Of a stretch of DNA of 64,000 nt, positions 61,696 to 64,000 are shown in pieces. The DNA lies in assembly GCA_963665015.2 (NCBI GenBank), contig CAXXSY010000003.1, forward strand, positions 64,373 through 128,372, in the 5' to 3' direction. Within the stretch, counting starts at the first letter, position 1, and the number at the start of each line of letters is the position of its first letter. Below the pieces are notes generated by a model that saw only the letters and a list, made by a program, of their open reading frames with translations, searched no databases and had not been told where the DNA came from. The stretch comes from Candidatus Cloacimonadales bacterium. GTDB taxonomy: Bacteria > Cloacimonadota > Cloacimonadia > Cloacimonadales > JAIOQZ01. Position numbers and translations under genes: made by a program.

Positions 61696-64000
61696 TTATT
61701 CGTATCGCAGCGATTCCACCGGGTTGGAGCGTGCGGTCTTGATCGCGTGCCATCCCACCGAGAAAAGCGCGATCAAAAGGGTGGCAACTGCGGCCACAAT
61801 GCACGGCCACGCCACGAAAGCCACCACGTACGCCATGTTGTTTGTCACCTGTTTCATGACGAACCACGCGAACGGGATCGCGATGACGTTGGCGACGATC
61901 ACGAATTTGAGCAGGTAAGACGACACTTCGTAGGCGATTCTTCCGCCGGATGCGCCGAACACCTTGCGGATGCCCATCTCTTTCCGTTTCTGATCGGCAA
62001 CCAGCGATACAAGCCCAAACAAGCCCATACAGGCGATGAAAATCGATAGACCTGTAAACATCGAAATCATGCGAACGAACGGCTTGATGCCCTGTATTCG
62101 GCGAATCAGGATGTCCTCGAAAAAGGTACCGTAGTTGATTGGCTGATCCGGCTGATACTCCTTCCAGATTCTGACCACCTCGTCCTTGATCTCCTGGCGC
62201 CGCGAAACATCGTATTTCATGTTCGCGATGTTCATGAAATTGGGATTGAACATGATGATCATGGGCGTGATGGGCTCGACGAGGCTGTCCGAATGGAAAT
62301 CCTTGACCACGCCGATGATCGTGCGGGTCGAGTCGCCGAACTCCTGATACATGTAATCAACCGTCTTTCCGACTGCGGTGTCCCATCCGAACTCCCGCAG
62401 CGCGGCTTCGTTGATTATCGCCGTATTGATGCTGTCGGTGGCGAATTCGGTGGAGAAGAAGCGTCCTTCGAGGAGCTTGAAATCCATCATCTGCATAACG
62501 CGGTCGTCAACGAAGAGCACCTTGTACATGCGTCCGTCTTCCTGCTGAGCGTCTTCGGGCAGGAAGCGACCCCACCAGTAGCCGAGACCTGGCGTGTTGG
62601 CGGAGAATCCGACTTCCTTCACGCCCTCGATATCGAGCAGTCTCTGGCGGAAAACCTCGGCGCGTTCGTAGCGCGAACCGATCGGGTTGGATATCATGAA
62701 CAGGCTGTCCGGGCTGTAACCGTAGTCCTTGGTTTCCATGTATTTGACCTGGCGGTAGAAGTTGATGTTGATGACCAGCAGCGTGATCGCCAGGAAGAAC
62801 TGCACCACGATGAAGAGTTTGCGAAACCACATCCCTTTCAGACCCTTGGTCGAGCCGTCTTTGAGCGCGGCTGCGGGACGGTAGGACGAGAGGACGAAGG
62901 ATGGGTAGATTCCGGCGAGGAGTCCGACGATGACCGAGATGATCATCGTGGTCGCGAAGATATAGCCTGTGGAGTAGTACGACGTGGGGAAGATGTTGTC
63001 GAAGGAGGCAGCGTTCAGGTGATTGATGATGAGCTCCAGCAGGATGGTGCCGATGATGCCGGACGGGATCGAGAGGATGAGCGATTCGGCGATGAACTGC
63101 ATAATGATCTGTTTGCGTTGGGAACCGAAGATTTTCCGCATTCCCACCTCGCGGGATCGTCGTAATGATATGGCGCTGGACAGATTGATATAATTGATCG
63201 AGGCGAGGATGATCACCAGGAGACCGATTCCGCCGATCAAGAGCACGATGTTCTGATCGATGAAATTTCCACGTTCGCTACGCATGAACCGTTTCCTCAG
63301 ATGGTAGTTCTTCATCGGTTGCAGGAAGGGTTTGTAGCGTCCTACCTTTTCGGTGTCCATGTGCTCGTCGATGAATCCGGAGAATTTTGCCTGAAGTTTT
63401 TTATAATCGGTGTTCGGTTTCAGGAGCAGGAAGTTCGTGGTCGCGTGGTAGTACCAGGAGCGGTAGTACTGGTAGTTGTCCGCGTTCAGGGTATTGTACG
63501 AAGCGATGGCCGGCAGGTACATTGTAGTGTTGAACGGCATTTCGTCCATGACACCGGTCACCAGATAGTTACGGTTATCGACAACAGCGAAGAGTGTTTT
63601 CCCGACGGGGTCTTCGTCGGGGAAGAACTGCTCGGCGTAGTCCTTTCCGAGGATGATGGAATAGGGCTCGTCCAGAGCGGTTTCCGGGTCTCCCGCGATG
63701 AGGGGAAAATCGAAGACATCGAAGAGGGTCGAATCGGCGAACATGACGAAGTAGTTGTTGACCTCGTCCCCGAGTCGGATATTCACGCTTCCATCCTCGA
63801 ATCGGACGAAGTTCTCGATTTCGGGGAATTCCTCTTTCATCGCATACGGCCATTCGGGCGGCGTGAGTGCGGTGTTGTGATCGACGCTTCCCTGTCCCAC
63901 GATGCGGTCGTTCAGCCGGTAGATGCGATCGATTTTCGTGTGGTAGTCATCAAAGTGGAAATGGAAGTTCGCGATGAGGATCAGGAATACGCATGATGAC
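61696..64000 (-). CDS. FtsX/MacB-type ABC transporter permease (5' end beyond window)
   Basis: The frame stays open from 63900 to the window end (..SSCVFLILIANFHFHFDDYHTKIDRIYRLNDRIV..), which is a typical first TM plus MacB periplasmic-core start. Two FtsX 4-TM modules are present and the protein ends in SNPVESLRYE. Confidence 0.8.
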   Translation of the reverse strand, partial: SSCVFLILIANFHFHFDDYHTKIDRIYRLNDRIVGQGSVDHNTALTPPEWPYAMKEEFPEIENFVRFEDGSVNIRLGDEVNNYFVMFADSTLFDVFDFPLIAGDPETALDEPYSIILGKDYAEQFFPDEDPVGKTLFAVVDNRNYLVTGVMDEMPFNTTMYLPAIASYNTLNADNYQYYRSWYYHATTNFLLLKPNTDYKKLQAKFSGFIDEHMDTEKVGRYKPFLQPMKNYHLRKRFMRSERGNFIDQNIVLLIGGIGLLVIILASINYINLSSAISLRRSREVGMRKIFGSQRKQIIMQFIAESLILSIPSGIIGTILLELIINHLNAASFDNIFPTSYYSTGYIFATTMIISVIVGLLAGIYPSFVLSSYRPAAALKDGSTKGLKGMWFRKLFIVVQFFLAITLLVININFYRQVKYMETKDYGYSPDSLFMISNPIGSRYERAEVFRQRLLDIEGVKEVGFSANTPGLGYWWGRFLPEDAQQEDGRMYKVLFVDDRVMQMMDFKLLEGRFFSTEFATDSINTAIINEAALREFGWDTAVGKTVDYMYQEFGDSTRTIIGVVKDFHSDSLVEPITPMIIMFNPNFMNIANMKYDVSRRQEIKDEVVRIWKEYQPDQPINYGTFFEDILIRRIQGIKPFVRMISMFTGLSIFIACMGLFGLVSLVADQKRKEMGIRKVFGASGGRIAYEVSSYLLKFVIVANVIAIPFAWFVMKQVTNNMAYVVAFVAWPCIVAAVATLLIALFSVGWHAIKTARSNPVESLRYE

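Overview
This is a 64-kb chromosomal window from a fairly GC-rich bacterium; most 60-nt lines I hand-counted hold about 35-43 G+C. The bacterium looks like an anaerobe of the FCB-superphylum or candidate-phylum type. Three secreted proteins end in T9SS-type C-terminal sorting domains. There is a PorV/PorQ-like barrel, a MacB/FtsX-type permease and a dense O2-detoxification cluster.

Most of the window is ordinary housekeeping:
- trxB, cdd, tldD/pmbA, dxr, uvrD, tyrS, recG, guaA, mutM, lpxK, cobO, rfbA, pgpA and SurA-like chaperones
- Wzz, O-antigen-ligase-like and WecA-like envelope genes
- a CheR/CheY/HDOD/CheX-like module
- a methylmalonyl-CoA carboxyltransferase-type operon

dnaA lies at 56166-57500 and is flanked on both sides by DnaA-box clusters, so oriC is in this window.

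Accessory or unusual content:
1. The top candidate for a new system is an AT-rich three-gene + strand operon at 32412-34833. It encodes a small acidic-tail protein, a 455-aa orphan HExxH protein and an intact dCTP-deaminase-fold enzyme. It sits inside a long run of - strand genes and abuts the recG stop codon. I read it as a possible nucleotide-depletion defence module.
2. A second AT-rich islet at 52375-53442 encodes a DUF2188 protein plus a 201-aa protein with a TIR/NDT-like motif pattern.
3. An intact IS1182-family element is flanked by a 14-bp direct repeat of a small palindrome.
4. A repeat-rich 570-bp noncoding tract lies next to the IS.
5. A dispersed REP/MITE-like repeat occurs at three loci.
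6. T9SS cargo genes are compositional chimeras, and two of them share a near-identical C-terminal domain cassette.

I found no rRNA, tRNA or CRISPR array. All calls come from reading translated motifs and DNA by eye; no searches were run.
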